Below are positions 1-12,540 of a stretch of DNA of 64,000 nt, piece by piece. The first letter of the stretch is position 1. The number at the start of each line of letters is the position of its first letter. The DNA comes from Octopus sinensis (Eukaryota). Both the position numbers and the translations under genes were made by a program. The stretch is from contig NC_043011.1 in NCBI RefSeq assembly GCF_006345805.1, positions 45,768,464-45,832,463 of the forward strand. Reading direction: 5' to 3'. Under the pieces are notes generated by a model. It was not told where the DNA came from. It saw only the letters and a list, made by a program, of their open reading frames with translations, and did not search any database.

Positions 1-122
1 GAAGGACATCCAGCCGTAGAAATCATGCCAAATCAGACTGGAGTCTAGTGCAGCCTTCCAGCTTGCCAGTCCTAGTTAGTCTGACCAACGCATGCCAGCA
101 ATGGATGCTAAATGATGATGAT
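1..122 (+). mobile_element. Family C retroposon 3' end (RTE-LINE 3'UTR-like, (ATG)n tail), partial
   Basis: gaaggacatccagccgtagaa...ccaacgcatgccagcaatggatgctaaatgatgatgatg matches the family C copies at 35354-35680 and 57440-57735. Confidence 0.75.
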
Positions 123-376
123 GATACACACACACACACACATTCATGAGTATATGTAAGACTTTGTGAGAAAGTATTCTATGACTAGATACACTTTTCA
201 ACCATATAGTTTTGGGTTCCATCTCACTGTGACACCTTGGGCGAATATCTTCTAATATAAATGCAAGCTGACCAAATTCTTGCGAGCAGATTTGGTGGAT
301 GGAAAGTGAAAGAAGCCCTTTATGCATGTATTTATCGTTGTGTGTTTGTTTTCTTGATATTGTACACTGATTTATT

Positions 377-662
377 GTACTTATTCTATCGGTCTCTTTT
401 GCCGAACTGCTAAGTTACGGGGATGTAAACACACCAGCATCGGTTGTCAAGCGATGTTGTGGGGACAAACACATACACACAAACATATACACATACACAT
501 ACATATATATATATATACATATATGCGATGGGCTTCTTTCAGTTTCCATCTACCAAATCCACTCACAAGGCTTTGGTCAGCCCAAGGTGCTATGCAGTGG
601 GACTGAACCTGGAACCATGCAGTTCATAAGCAAGTTACTTACCACACAGCCACTCCTACACC
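377..662 (-). mobile_element. Family A tRNA-derived SINE, partial
   Basis: Reverse complement of the TGGCTGTGTGGTAAG (A box) and GGTTCAGTCCC (B box) head, plus the internal CA/TA microsatellite and body shared with about 20 copies in the window. Confidence 0.85.
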
Positions 663-731
663 TGTATGCACAAATATAATGATTGTTGTGATTAAAAAGA
701 ATTTCATAAATTCTATTTTCTCTTAGATTTG

Positions 732-765
<34 letters not shown>

Positions 766-888
766 TTATATACGATTAAAAAAATCATACACATCATCAA
801 TGGATGTTAAATGATGATGATGACATCAACAAAGAAATATACAGAAAATTTGCACATCACTTATCATCCAAAAATCATAATTACATAC

Positions 889-938
889 CTTTAATGATAA
901 GATTCCTTATTTTGGGTGGCATCAACATTGAAAAGCTG
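889..938 (-). other. Candidate 50-nt exon of an unidentified gene
   Basis: Polypyrimidine tract tttttacattctctcatttattcctAG and donor AAG|gtatgt; one open frame (SFSMLMPPKIRNLIIK). No homology recognised. Confidence 0.25.
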
Positions 939-1014
939 CTAGGAATAAATGAGAGAATGTAAAAACGAATGTGACAAAAATGAACATGATGCAGGCAGTT
1001 GGTACAAATATATA

Positions 1015-1700
1015 TCACCTTGATCACCTTGACCGACCAGTCCGTCAGGCGTCCATTTGACACTGCTGGTCACAGCACGCTATCCACTCCTCTCTGGATC
1101 GTGCCTTTCTCATCCATGTGATCCCAATCGTCCTCCTGAAATCGTAACTCCACTGTCGTGGGTCCACCGATTATCGGTGAGATGGGCAACGTGTCCAGCC
1201 CATCTATACTTGCTGCGTGTATACTCTGCGATGACATCTCTCACGCCAGACTTCTTTCTGATGATCTCGCTACTGATGTGCTCTCTCAACGAGATACCAA
1301 GCATTGACCTTTCCATGGCTCTTTTAGCCGTTACCAGTCTTTGCTCTTCTCTCTTTGTGGTAGCCCATGTTTCACTACCATATAACATTGCAGGCAGAAC
1401 TGCACTGTTAATGAGGTTGGCGCGGGTGGTCCTGTCCAACCTTCCATTGAGCACATCCCTTATGCCATTAAACGCCTTCCATCCGGCCCTTACTCTCCAT
1501 GAGATCTCCTTTTCGATATCTCGGCACATATTCACTTCCTGTCCCAGGTAGACATATTCCCTTACCTCCTCTATTTCATCACTGCCGATCACCATTCGAC
1601 CTGTTGGTACGTTGTCTGACCGCATGAACTTTGTTTTCATGCGGTTCATCTTGAGACCTACTGCAGAGTTTTGTCTCATGACAAATATAAATAAACACAC
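1015..1700 (-). mobile_element. RTE-clade LINE 3' fragment (C-terminal RT region), internally deleted, with (CAAGGTGAT)n tail
   Basis: ORF 1110-1700 has EYVYLGQ...RVRAGWKAF...LPAMLYGSETW...WAGHVA...DNRWT, typical of RTE/BovB ORF C-termini; the EW..GRP..RW segment is missing; tail repeat at about 1015-1032. Confidence 0.85.
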
Positions 1701-2397
1701 AAAATAAAGGCCCTACAATAACGGAACAGCATCAAGACAAGACATGTGTAGATGTAACGCTATTGGAAAATGATGTCCTACAGCACTTGGAAAGGAAAGT
1801 AGAAGGATGGAAAGAGAGAAATTGGAATAATTCTGATGTTGGCAGAGCACCAACAATTTTGAAGGTTGAGGGTGAAGCATGTTGATTCCATCAAACCCAA
1901 TGCTTGACTGATATTTATTTTATCAACTGTGAAGAGATGAAAGGCAAAGTCAATCTCAGTGGAATTTGGACTCCGAATGCAAAGAACTGGAGGAAATGTC
2001 GCTAAGCGTTTATGTCTGACATGCTTACGATTCTGCCAGCTTACCCCCTTATAGATAATTTAAATAAATATAGAAGTAATTATTGCAAATTCGAATCCTT
2101 TGTATATTCAATTCAATAATATTTTATTCATAGGCACAGATGTGGTTGTGTGGATTTCGTAGATGGAAACTGAAAGAAACCTCTCATGTATGTTCTTTTA
2201 TTTGTTTCAGTCATTTGACTGCGGCCATGCTGGAGCACCGCCTTTAGTCGAGCAAATCGACCCCAGGACTTATTCTTTGTAAGCCTAGTACTTGTTCTAT
2301 TGGTCTCACTTGCCGAACTGCTAAGTTACGGGGACGTAAACACACCAGTATCGGTTGTCAAGCAATGTTGGGGGAACAAACACAGACACACAAACAT

Positions 2398-2432
<35 letters not shown>

Positions 2433-2435
<3 letters not shown>

Positions 2436-2638
2436 TACGGAGATGTACTCGCATAGCAAGTAATTTGATCTGAGATCGTGTGCTGAAACGAAAACAATTG
2501 CAGCGTGGAAGGTGTTTATAAGCCATTTAAGAAACACACAAAAGCCGTTCGATTCACTTCAACATTTAAGTTTAATTTGTCAAAATATTTTCGTCGCTAA
2601 AATCCGCGACCTGTTCACTGACAAAAATCCGTGCTGCA
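2433..2638 (-). mobile_element. Single arm of a hammerhead-like/Penelope-type short element (family P1)
   Basis: Homologous to both arms of the foldback at 33669-33995; contains the hammerhead-like fold at 2576-2625. Confidence 0.7.
2576..2625 (-). ncRNA. Putative minimal type-I hammerhead ribozyme, G3:C8 core variant
   Basis: Minus strand reads tttgtca-GTGAACA-g-gtcgc(ggatttta)gcgac-GAAA-a(ta)t-T-T-tgacaaa: 7-bp stem I, 5-bp stem II, palindromic stem III. Confidence 0.5.
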
Positions 2639-2859
2639 TATATACACACATATACAATGGGATTCTTTCAGTTTCTGTCTACTAAATCCATCACAAGGCT
2701 TTGATCAGCCCGAGGCTATAGTAGAAGACACTTGCCCAAGGTGCCACACAGTGAGACTGAACCCAGAACTATGTGGTTGGTAAGCAAGCTACTTACCACA
2801 TTAGCCACTCCTGCGCCTATATATATAATATGTGTGTATATGTGTGTAAGTAGGTCTTT

Positions 2860-3068
2860 GTGTCTGTGTTTGTCTCCTGCCACTGCTTAACAACTGGTGT
2901 TTGTGTGTTTACATCCCCGTAACTTAAAGGTTCAGCAAAAGAGACTGATAGAAAAAGTACCAATCTTAACAAAAGAGAATAAAAGCACTGGAGTCAATTT
3001 ACTCAACCATAAATTCTTCAAGGTGGTTCCCCAGCTTGGCTTCTGTCTGGTGACTGAAACTAGTAAAA
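2860..3068 (+). mobile_element. Family A SINE 3' half, diverged
   Basis: Similar to the family A body and its ...gactgaaac.agtaaaa tail. Confidence 0.7.
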
Positions 3069-3362
3069 TCTAAACTATAATACCCCTCATCAGCAAAAGT
3101 TATTAAAATATAAACAGCAGAACTCTAAGGCCTCTGTTGAATATATTCCCAGAAATCATGTCCGAACATGTTGTTACATTTCGGTAATTTCAGCTAGCAG
3201 TATGATTTTATGAACAGCATTATTGAATAAGATTATTCGAACAAATGTACCAGTGAAAGATTTGAAATATCAATAATGTTTTCTGTTATTATTTCAATTA
3301 TATTTAAGGCTGCAAGCTGGTGGAATTATTACCATGCCGAGCAAAATGCTTAATGGCATTTC

Positions 3363-4190
3363 TTATTTCTTTACTGCCCACAAGGGGCTACACACAGAGG
3401 GGGCAAACAAGGACAGACAAACGGATTAAGTCAATTATATCAACCCCAGTGCATAACTGGTACTTATTTAGTCGATCTCGGTGGAATTTGAACTCAGAAC
3501 GTAATGGCGGACAAAAAACCTATTTCTATTTCTTTATTACCCACAAGGGGCTAAACACAGAGGGGACAAACAAGAACAGACATAGGTATTAAGTCGATTA
3601 CATCGACCCCAGTGCGTAACTGGTACTTAATTTATCGACCCCGAAAGGAGGAAAGGCAAAGTCGACCTCGGCGGAATTTGAACTCACAACATAACACAGA
3701 CGAAATACTGCTAAGCATTTCGCCCGGCGTGCTAACATTTCTTATTTTTTTACTGCCCACAAGGGGCTATACACAGAGGGGACAAACAAGGACAGACAAA
3801 TGGATTAAGTCGATTACATCGACCCCAGTGCATAACTGGTACTTGTTTAATCGACCCTGAAAGGATGAAAGACAAAGTCGACTTTTGCAGAATTTGAACT
3901 CAGAACGTAACGGCAGATGAAATACCTCTAAGCAATTTCGCCCAGCGTGCTAACGTTTCTCATTTCTTTACTGCCCACAATTGGCTACACCTAGAGGGGA
4001 CAAACAAGGACAGACAAATGGATTTAGTCGATTATATGATTCCCAGTGCATAACTGGTACTTATTTAATCGACCCCGAAAGGATGAAAGGCAAAGTCGAC
4101 CTCAGCGGAATTTGAACTCAGAACGTAGTGGCAGACAAAATACCGCAAAGCATTCCATCGAGCGTGCTAACGTTTCTGCCAGCTTGCCTT
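3363..4190 (-). mobile_element. Head-to-tail multimer (4-5 units) of family B SINE, bounded by a direct repeat of up to 19 bp, inside an older B-like copy
   Basis: aaatgcttaatggcatttc at 3344-3362 and 4191-4209; B-box motif aatttgaact recurs at 3485, 3675, 3891 and 4109. Confidence 0.85.
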
Positions 4191-4693
4191 AAATGCTTAA
4201 TGGCATTTCGTCCATCTTTAGGTTCTCAGTTCAAATTCCAGCTTTGCTTTGAATCCTTTCAGTGTCGATAAAATTGATACCAGTTGATCAATGGGGATGC
4301 TATAATTGACTTACCTCCCTTGAACTTCCTGGTGCTATGCCAAAATCTGAAACCAATATTTCAATTATATTTGATTTGACTCTGTTCTCCTACAATATTG
4401 CTTAATCTCAATTATCTACTATAATAATACTCTTGTGTTTTTCTCTCTCACAACATATGAATGAGAAAGGAAGGGGTGATAGATGACTAAGGAAGGAAGG
4501 GATGATGGCAAGCTGGTGGTGGGAGTGTTTCAACTCTGTGTGAGCATATATGTGTTTGTGTGTGCATGTGCAAAGGAAGTATGTGAATGTATGTGTGAAC
4601 GTGTGTTCTTTCTGTTAAAAACGATGATCGATGTCACATCTCAAAAGACAACCACTAGATAATATTGACAAGTGCATCAATTTGATTTACCAA

Positions 4694-4757
4694 TCATATT
4701 TTTTATATATAAAATACTACAATTAGCCGTCATTTTTGACGGCACGGGGCCAGCTAG
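4694..4757 (+). mobile_element. Minimal non-autonomous Helitron-like element (64 bp)
   Basis: A|TC...atatataaaa 5' end, gccgtca-tttt-tgacggc hairpin, CTAG|T 3' end. Confidence 0.55.
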
Positions 4758-5077
4758 TGCTCAATATTATGATTGTTTAATTGTGCAGTATTGGAGTATA
4801 TGAGTGTAATGTGGTGTAGTTATAATGTATCATGCATTCACAGTACATTATAAATAACGTGTGTGTGTATGGTCTTTTGTTTGTACATTGATTTAACAGA
4901 CCTTGTAAGTGACTCTTTCTTCGTTTTCACTGAGAATCAACTATCAACAAGTGCAAAACACGTTCAGATTTATCACCGTTTCTGTGAATAATCAAATCAT
5001 TCCTCCTCTAGCCATGTTAACTTACTGTTAATAATTTCAACTAAAATAAGGCAGCCAGCTGGCAGAATCGTTAGCAT

Positions 5078-5472
5078 GCGTAGGAGTGGTGGCTGTGTGG
5101 TAAGTAGCTTGCTTACCAACCACATGGTTCCGGATTCAGTTCTACTGCGTGGCACCTTGGGCAAGTGTCTTCTACTACAGCCTCAGGCCGACTAAAGCCT
5201 TGTGAGTGGATTTGGCAGATGGAAACTGAAAGGAGCCATCATATATATGTGTGTGTGTGTGTGTGTGTATGTTTTCTGTGTTTGTCACCCTAAATTTATT
5301 TGCTTGACAACTGATGCTGGTGTGTTTACATCCCTGTAACTTAGTGGTTTGGCAAAAGAGACCGATAGAATAAGTACTAGGCTTACAAAGAATAAGTCCT
5401 GGGCTCGATTTGTTCAACTAAAGGTGGTGCTCCGGCATGGCTGCAGTCAAATGACTGAAACAAGTAAAAGAG
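5078..5472 (+). mobile_element. Family A SINE, full length, nested in an older family B-like SINE (5048-5660)
   Basis: The B head gctggcagaatcgttagcatgc stops at 5077 and resumes at about 5473. Confidence 0.85.
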
Positions 5473-5737
5473 TATGCCAGGCAAAATATTTAGTGGCTTT
5501 TCGTCCATCTTTACGTTCTGAGTTCAAATTCTGCCAAGGCTGACTTTGCCTTTCATCCTTTCGGGATTGGTCAAATAATTACCATATGAGCACTGGGATC
5601 AATGTAACTGACTTTCCTCCTCCCCTGAAGTTGCTGGCCTGGTGCCAAAATTTGAAACCATTAATTTCAACAAAATGTATTTTTTAAAATTTAAGTTATC
5701 GCTTTTATCTTTGACTTAACCAACCATTGTTTAACAA

Positions 5738-6110
5738 TTGTTTCAGTCATTTGACTGCGGCCATGCTGGAGCACCACCTTTAGTCGAACAAATTGACTTT
5801 GTAACCTAGTACTTATTCTATCGGTCTCTTTTGCTGAACCGCTAAGTTACGGGGACGTAAACACACCAGCTTCGGTTGTCAAGCGATGTTGGGGGACACA
5901 AACACATACACACATGTACATATATAAATATAATATATACATGCATATATACGACGGGCTTCTTTCAGTTTCCGTCTGCCAAATCCACTTACAAGGCTTT
6001 AGTTGGCCCAAGGCTATTATAGTAGAAGACACTTGCCCAAGGTGCCACGCAGTGGGACTGAACCCGGAACCATGTGGTTGGTAAGCAAGCTACTTACCAC
6101 ACAGCCACTT
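5738..6110 (-). mobile_element. Family A SINE, full length
   Basis: Head, microsatellite and tail all match the family. Confidence 0.9.
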
Positions 6111-6324
6111 GCACTGAACTACGGGTACAAATGGTTGCAGCTCACCTATATCACCATTTGTGAATGGACTGCAACCAGTGAAGATTCTTAATGTTTTCCA
6201 CTAGCATTGCTTTTAAATTCTTCTGGATTAACAAATACCTTAGTTTTTATCGTAAAAAAAAAGAAGAAAAGCAGATAATAAAGGGTAACAGGAAGAGTAT
6301 TCATCTGTTGAAAATCCTGCCTAT

Positions 6325-7012
6325 TTAACTCTTTTAGCATTCAGATTTCTCTGTCAAATGTAATGCTTATTTATGCACATGGTTTTGAATTAATCATGTA
6401 TTATCTCACAGCTTTGAGGTTTTGAAGACAGTCCACTTTTAGATCAACATTGTTTCTTATTTCTTTATTGCCCACAAGGGGCTACACACAGAGGGGACAA
6501 ACAAGGACAGACAAACGGATTAAGTCGATTATAACAACTCCAGTGTGTAACTGGTACTTAATTTATCGACCCCAAAAAGATGAAAGGCAAAGTCGACCTC
6601 AGCGGAATTTGGACTCAGAACATAGCGGCAGACGAAATACTGCTAAGCATTTCACCCGGCATGCTAACGTTTCTGCCAGCTCACCGCCTTAAGATCAACA
6701 TTGTTGGGTAGGAGTGAGAGGCCAGATATAGTTGGTTTGTACATAAAACTTGTTGAGTATTTGGGCAGCATATGGCCAGTTTAACCCTCCCTCTAGACTT
6801 CGGATTACTCTGTGAAATGCAATGTTTATTTATTCTCATTGTCTTGAATTAATCATGCATTATCTTGTAGCTTTGAGGTTTAGATAATATGATGGTCTAT
6901 TCTTAAAATAACATTGTAGAGTAGGAGTGAGAGGCTACATCTGAGTGGTTTGAACATAGAACATGTCGAATATTTGGGTTGCATATGGGTGGATTAAATG
7001 CTAAAGGGTTAA
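6325..7012. mobile_element. Two tandem TTAA-flanked MITEs (family H, piggyBac-like ends); the first is interrupted by a family B SINE
   Basis: TTAA-C(C/T)CTTT(T)AGCATT ... AATGCTAAAGGG-TTAA termini; further copies at 11824-12024, 17935-18058, 22060-22222, 46710-46995 and 54372-54595. Confidence 0.65.
6455..6691 (-). mobile_element. Family B tRNA-like SINE monomer with 14-bp TSD
   Basis: agatcaacattgtt at 6441-6454 and 6692-6705; GAGTTCAAATTCC-like B box. Confidence 0.9.
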
Positions 7013-7492
7013 GTTATGTAAGCATGGAAAAACACGTTAAACAAAATGAATGAATGGCTTTAGATATCCAGCTATGTTGTCCTCCATTATCTCCAAACCA
7101 GTGTACATTTATGTTATTTATTCTCAGTTCAGCCCTGATCTTGAAAATTTTCTGCACTGCCAGGGTAATGATTTGAAGAAGATTTAGCTTGGGCTTCTGT
7201 TTCTAGCAGCTGGCTCAACCCTGTAGGGGGCCTCCCTTCTTTGGCTCATTTACAGTTATTATAAATCTGTGTTGTAAGCCACTCCTTGTAAACCTCTCTA
7301 CTGAAGTTACTTTCATTGATTTTCTCATCATAAGACCTGCTAATTTAGTCAATTTTCTTTTGTAAACTGTTAATCAAGAGCATTATATTGTAACCTATCT
7401 GGAAACAATTGCTGACTTTGATCAATCATGGCAGCTAATAAAGCCAATCAGTTTTCTAGATAAACTCATCTTACCATTACTAGAAGTGTCTT

Positions 7493-7908
7493 TTATTTGT
7501 TTTAGTCATTAGACTATGGCCATGCTGGGGTACAACCTTGAAGACATTTTAACAAAATGAATTGTTCTCAATGCTTTTTTTTTAAGCCTGGTACTTATTC
7601 TATTGGTCTCTTTTGCCAAACTGCTAAGTTACAGAAATGGAAATGCACTAACAGGAGTTGTCAAGCAGTGATAGGGGACAAACACCAACACACACACACA
7701 CCACATACATACACACACACACCACATACATACACACACACACACCACATACATACACACACACGTATACTGAATCCACTTACGAGGATTGGATCAGCCC
7801 GAGGCTATAGTAGAAGACACTTTGCCGAAGGTGCCAAGCAGTGGAACTGAACCCAGAATCATGTGGTTGGGGAGCAAACATCTTACCACACAGCCACACC
7901 TGCACCTA
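7493..7908 (-). mobile_element. Family A SINE
   Basis: Family match on both sides of a (CA)n tract. Confidence 0.85.
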
Positions 7909-7967
7909 TAGTATTTCAAGAGTATTTCTAAGTCTTTTAACCAGGGCCAATACTTTACTAACACCAT

Positions 7968-8215
7968 CATCATCATCGTTTAACGTCTGTTTTCCATGCT
8001 AGCATGGGTTTATTGGTTCGACCGGGGCTTGGGAAGCCAGGAGGCTGCGCCAGGCTCCAGTCTGATCTGATCTGGCAGTGTTTCTACAGCTGGATGCCCT
8101 TCCTAATGCCAACCACTCTGTGAGTGTAGTGGGTGCTTTTTACGTGCCACCGGCACAGGGGCCAGAGGAGGCTGGCAAACGGCCACGATTGGTTGGTGCT
8201 TTTTACGTGTCACTG
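7968..8215 (-). mobile_element. Family C retroposon
   Basis: catcatcatcgtttaacgtc...ctggatgcccttcctaatgccaacc. Confidence 0.85.
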
Positions 8216-8418
8216 ACATGGATGCATCCTTGCATGAAAAGTTTAAAATTTCTGAATCCACTCTTGTACGACTCAAGAACTTACAAGAACTTGCTCTGTT
8301 TCATGTACTTTATTGAACTGGTTTTTGTTGAGACAGAAGCCCATCTGTAGTTTCCTCACACCTTTGTATATTTATCTTAGTAGTTGTATAGACATTCTCT
8401 ATCACTCCTCTACCATCC

Positions 8419-8419
<1 letters not shown>

Positions 8420-8514
<95 letters not shown>

Positions 8515-8517
8515 GTA

Positions 8518-8551
<34 letters not shown>

Positions 8552-8818
8552 GTAATATATATATATATTATATATAATATGTATATATATATGTATATAT
8601 ATATATATATGTATATTATATATGTATATATATATTATATATATGTATATTGTATATATATATGTATATTGTATATATATATATGTATATATATATATGT
8701 ATATATGTATATATATATGTATATATATATGTATATATATAATGTATATATGTAATATATATATGTATATGTATATATATGTATATATATATATGTATAT
8801 TATATATGTATATATATG

Positions 8819-8852
<34 letters not shown>

Positions 8853-8900
8853 TATAATATGTATATATATAAGTATATATACGCACGCATACAAACACAC
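8420..8900. repeat. Compound (CT)n/(TA)n microsatellite
   Basis: Seen directly. Confidence 0.95.
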
Positions 8901-9278
8901 ATATCTTTGTCTCACAATCTGCATATCTTTTTATTTATCAACACATCTTTACATTTATTAGCACATACATAATCTCTTTTCTCTTTCTTGTACTTTTTAC
9001 TTCTTTCCTTCCTGCCTTCCTTCTTTTTTTTTCCTTCTCTTCCTCTAACATCTTTCTTTTAGTTCTATTTCCAATTCTGTTTCCTCTCCATTTTCACTTT
9101 TCTTTTTATGTCTCACACCTCTCTGATCTTTCCGTATTCTCTTTTTCTTCTGGTTTCTGTTATTTTTCTTTTTTTTTTTCCCCTGTCTCTAATTTTTTTC
9201 ATTTTTATTTGTTCCATCTCTTATTTTTGTTTTCTTTTATTCTTATCTTTTTTTCTTTTTCTTTTATCTTCTCTCTCT

Positions 9279-9316
<38 letters not shown>

Positions 9317-9444
9317 ACCTACAATTCCATCTGTTCTGTAACTTTGTCTCTATAATTTACAGCACTATTATCTAGAGGTGAAACAAAAGAGAATAAAATA
9401 TGAGAATGTTGATTGTATTTTACAAACTATGTGAGTTTATAAAC

Positions 9445-9457
9445 ATATGTGTGTGTA

Positions 9458-9511
<54 letters not shown>

Positions 9512-10506
9512 AATCATTGTCATATATATGTATGTATAGGTATTTGTATTTATGCATATGTACGTATGTATGCGTGTATGTATATGTACATATGTGTGTG
9601 TGTATATATATATATATGTGAGTGTGTGTATATATATATATATATATAGACATGTATTTATATATATGTGTGTGTGTATATATATATACACGTATATGAG
9701 GTATATGTGTGCATCATAAACATGTATATATATTTATATATATATATATGGGTATGATGTATATATGTGTGCATGTGTATTTATATATGTATGTTTGTAT
9801 CTATGTATATGTGTATTTATATATATATAAATATATATATTTGTGTGTGTGTGTGTACTTATATGTATATTTGTATGTATGTATGTATCTATGTATATGT
9901 GCATCTATATATATATGTATGTATTTATATATATATGTGTGTAAATATGTGTATGTGCATATATATAGATATATATATATATATATATATAAATGCATAT
10001 ATATACACATATAGATATATACCTACCTACATACATAAATATATGTATATACATATATACAAACACACAGATATACACACACGCACACACACATATATGC
10101 AAACATATATATATATATATATATACACATACACTCATACAAACAAACAGATATACACACATATATGCGGGAGTGGGTGTTAATGAACACTTGATCTATT
10201 CATACAGGTTAGGTGCTCCGTATTCCCCCAGCTTATTTCCAGGCTAAAGTTATTAGTAATACCTGTGAGGATTAAAAGAGAAGTCAATAGTAAATGTTTA
10301 GTTTTTGTTGTTGTTTGTTTTACTATGGCAATATATCATAGATTTATTGATAATTTCAGACTGGGAAACAGGAACTAAATCTATGAAACTAATGTATGTG
10401 TATTTGTGTGCATAGTTGTGCGTGTGTGTGGCTGTGTGCAGAGAGATGATTGGCGTGTATTTGTGTGTGTGTGCATGTGGTCTTGAGATGTGTGTTGTGT
10501 GTGTAT

Positions 10507-10540
<34 letters not shown>

Positions 10541-10584
10541 TGTATATATATATATAACCATGTCTGTTTGTTTGTATGAGTGTG

Positions 10585-10630
<46 letters not shown>

Positions 10631-10704
10631 TATATATATACACATATATACATATATATGTGTGTATGTGTGTGCATGCATGTGTATATGTGTGTGTGTG
10701 TTTG

Positions 10705-10742
<38 letters not shown>

Positions 10743-10880
10743 GGTATATATGTATGTATTTATCTGTGTGTGTGTATATATATGCATACATATATATATA
10801 TATACATTTATATTTATATATATATATACATATATGAATGTATGTATGTATGTCTATCTAGACATGAATGTATATATATG
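9445..10880. repeat. Two large compound TA/TG/CA microsatellite fields (9445-10165, 10380-10880)
   Basis: Seen directly; source of the Y/I/V/C/H/T-rich spurious ORFs. Confidence 0.95.
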
Positions 10881-11534
10881 TATAAACCGAAAGGCTGCAA
10901 CTAACCAGTTTGACTGCAACATTAAGATGGCTATTAGTTAAGGTTGTTACACTACCTCAACATTTGTTGTGCAATCATCAGCGTTAAGGCACCAACAACA
11001 AAACCTATCACCTCTCCAATTCTCACTCCTGTCCCTTTGCTTTATCTCCTCTATTTGACACATTTAATTGTTCATTTTATGTCATGTTTCACTTTGCTGT
11101 TATTTTCCTTTTCCTGCTAGAAGGTTGTTAGGAATGATCTGTTAATGTGAGTTTGTCATGGTGGAATTTGAAGTGTTTGAGATATTAAAACAGAAGGAGA
11201 GAAAGACAGCATCAGGCTGGATGCTTTATTGTATAGTCCTGGTATTTAACTGGCCTCTGTTCACATTGATGTTCATATTGCTTTTATCCCCTCTTTATGG
11301 AAGGAAATTTTAAAAAAAATTACTAATAATTATAGACACAGATATGGCTGTGTGGAAAGAAGCTTGTTTTCCAACCACATGTTTTTTGGTTCAGTTCCAC
11401 TGTGTGGCACCTTGGGCGAGTGTCTCCTGTTCTGGCCTTGGGCCAATCAAAGCCTAGTCACAGAAGCTGAAAGAGAGGTCTGTCGTGTGTGTGTGTGACC
11501 CATGCTATCATGGAAAGCAGATATTAAATGATGA

Positions 11535-11573
<39 letters not shown>

Positions 11574-12274
11574 ACTAAAAGAAAATGTTATTATACCTTA
11601 ACAAACAACCATAAAAATGGTTTTTTTTTTCGATGTATACCTATATTTTGCCTATTGCAGACTATCAAAAATTTCCTCACATTAAATCTTATCCATTTTC
11701 TATTTATGCCATTATTTATTTGCTGACTTACTATTTGTCTTTCAGTTTGTTTTTATTGATCTCTTTATAAATATACTCATAATTCCTCAATTAAAAACAA
11801 AAGACAAGTCTAGCCTTTTGCATTTAAACCAGCCATATCCAACAAAGGTATTCTACCCATTCTATGCTCAAACAAGCCATATCTGATCTCTCACACCCAT
11901 CCTACAATGTCTTTCTAGAAAGAAACAACCACGTCATTGAAATTTTGAAGCTATGAGATAATGCATTATTGTGAATAAATAAGCAATACATTTGACGGAA
12001 TAAGCTGAGTGCTAAAGGGTTTAATATAGTTATATACACAAATTGCCATAGTACTAACTGGAGAATTTAGTTTACTAGGTTCTATTTCCATGGAGTGCTT
12101 AATGAGGTATACACCTGGATTTACTTCATCCCTATTTCCTTTATCTCTCTCCCTCATGGGTATGCACACACACACACCTACACACACACACACACACACA
12201 CACACCTACATACACACACACACACACACACACCTACACACACACACATCTACACACACATACACACACATTTT

Positions 12275-12540
12275 AGGTCAGGTCACGAAAATCCTTCTAC
12301 TTGTACCATGTAACCCCATACTGCCTCTCTTATGGTTGGATGGTCAACAACTAAACTGGCTCCTCCACCTGGCTTGCCAGGTGAGTAGCGTGTTGTGGAC
12401 ACTCTGTCAAAGGATGGGCAAGCTCATTACAAGCCAATGGCCATCCTCACAAGTGGTGTCTAGTAAAATCATCCTGCATATGGGCTGGCAAACTGTAAAG
12501 CTATCAGAACCAGAAAAAGAATTACAACTGCCTGAAACTC
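12275..12540 (+). mobile_element. Probable decayed LINE (RTE-like) 5' region fragment
   Basis: GC-richer island; actggctcctccacctggcttgccaggtgag resembles RTE-element 5' sequence (from memory only). Confidence 0.3.

Larger units (their letters stand above)
2200..2818 (-). mobile_element. Family A SINE interrupted in its microsatellite by a foreign element (2433-2638)
   Basis: Head at about 2760-2818 and tail at about 2200-2240; non-SINE sequence inserted in the (TA)n. Confidence 0.85.

Noticed and set aside
1057-1551. 164-aa plus-strand ORF
   Set aside because: Antisense shadow of the RTE coding frame.
8402-10941. Many 60-166 aa ORFs rich in Y/I/V/C/H/T (also at 30.3-30.9 kb, 38.0-38.8 kb and 62.4-62.6 kb)
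   Set aside because: Translations of TA/TG/CA dinucleotide tracts, which lack stops in several frames.
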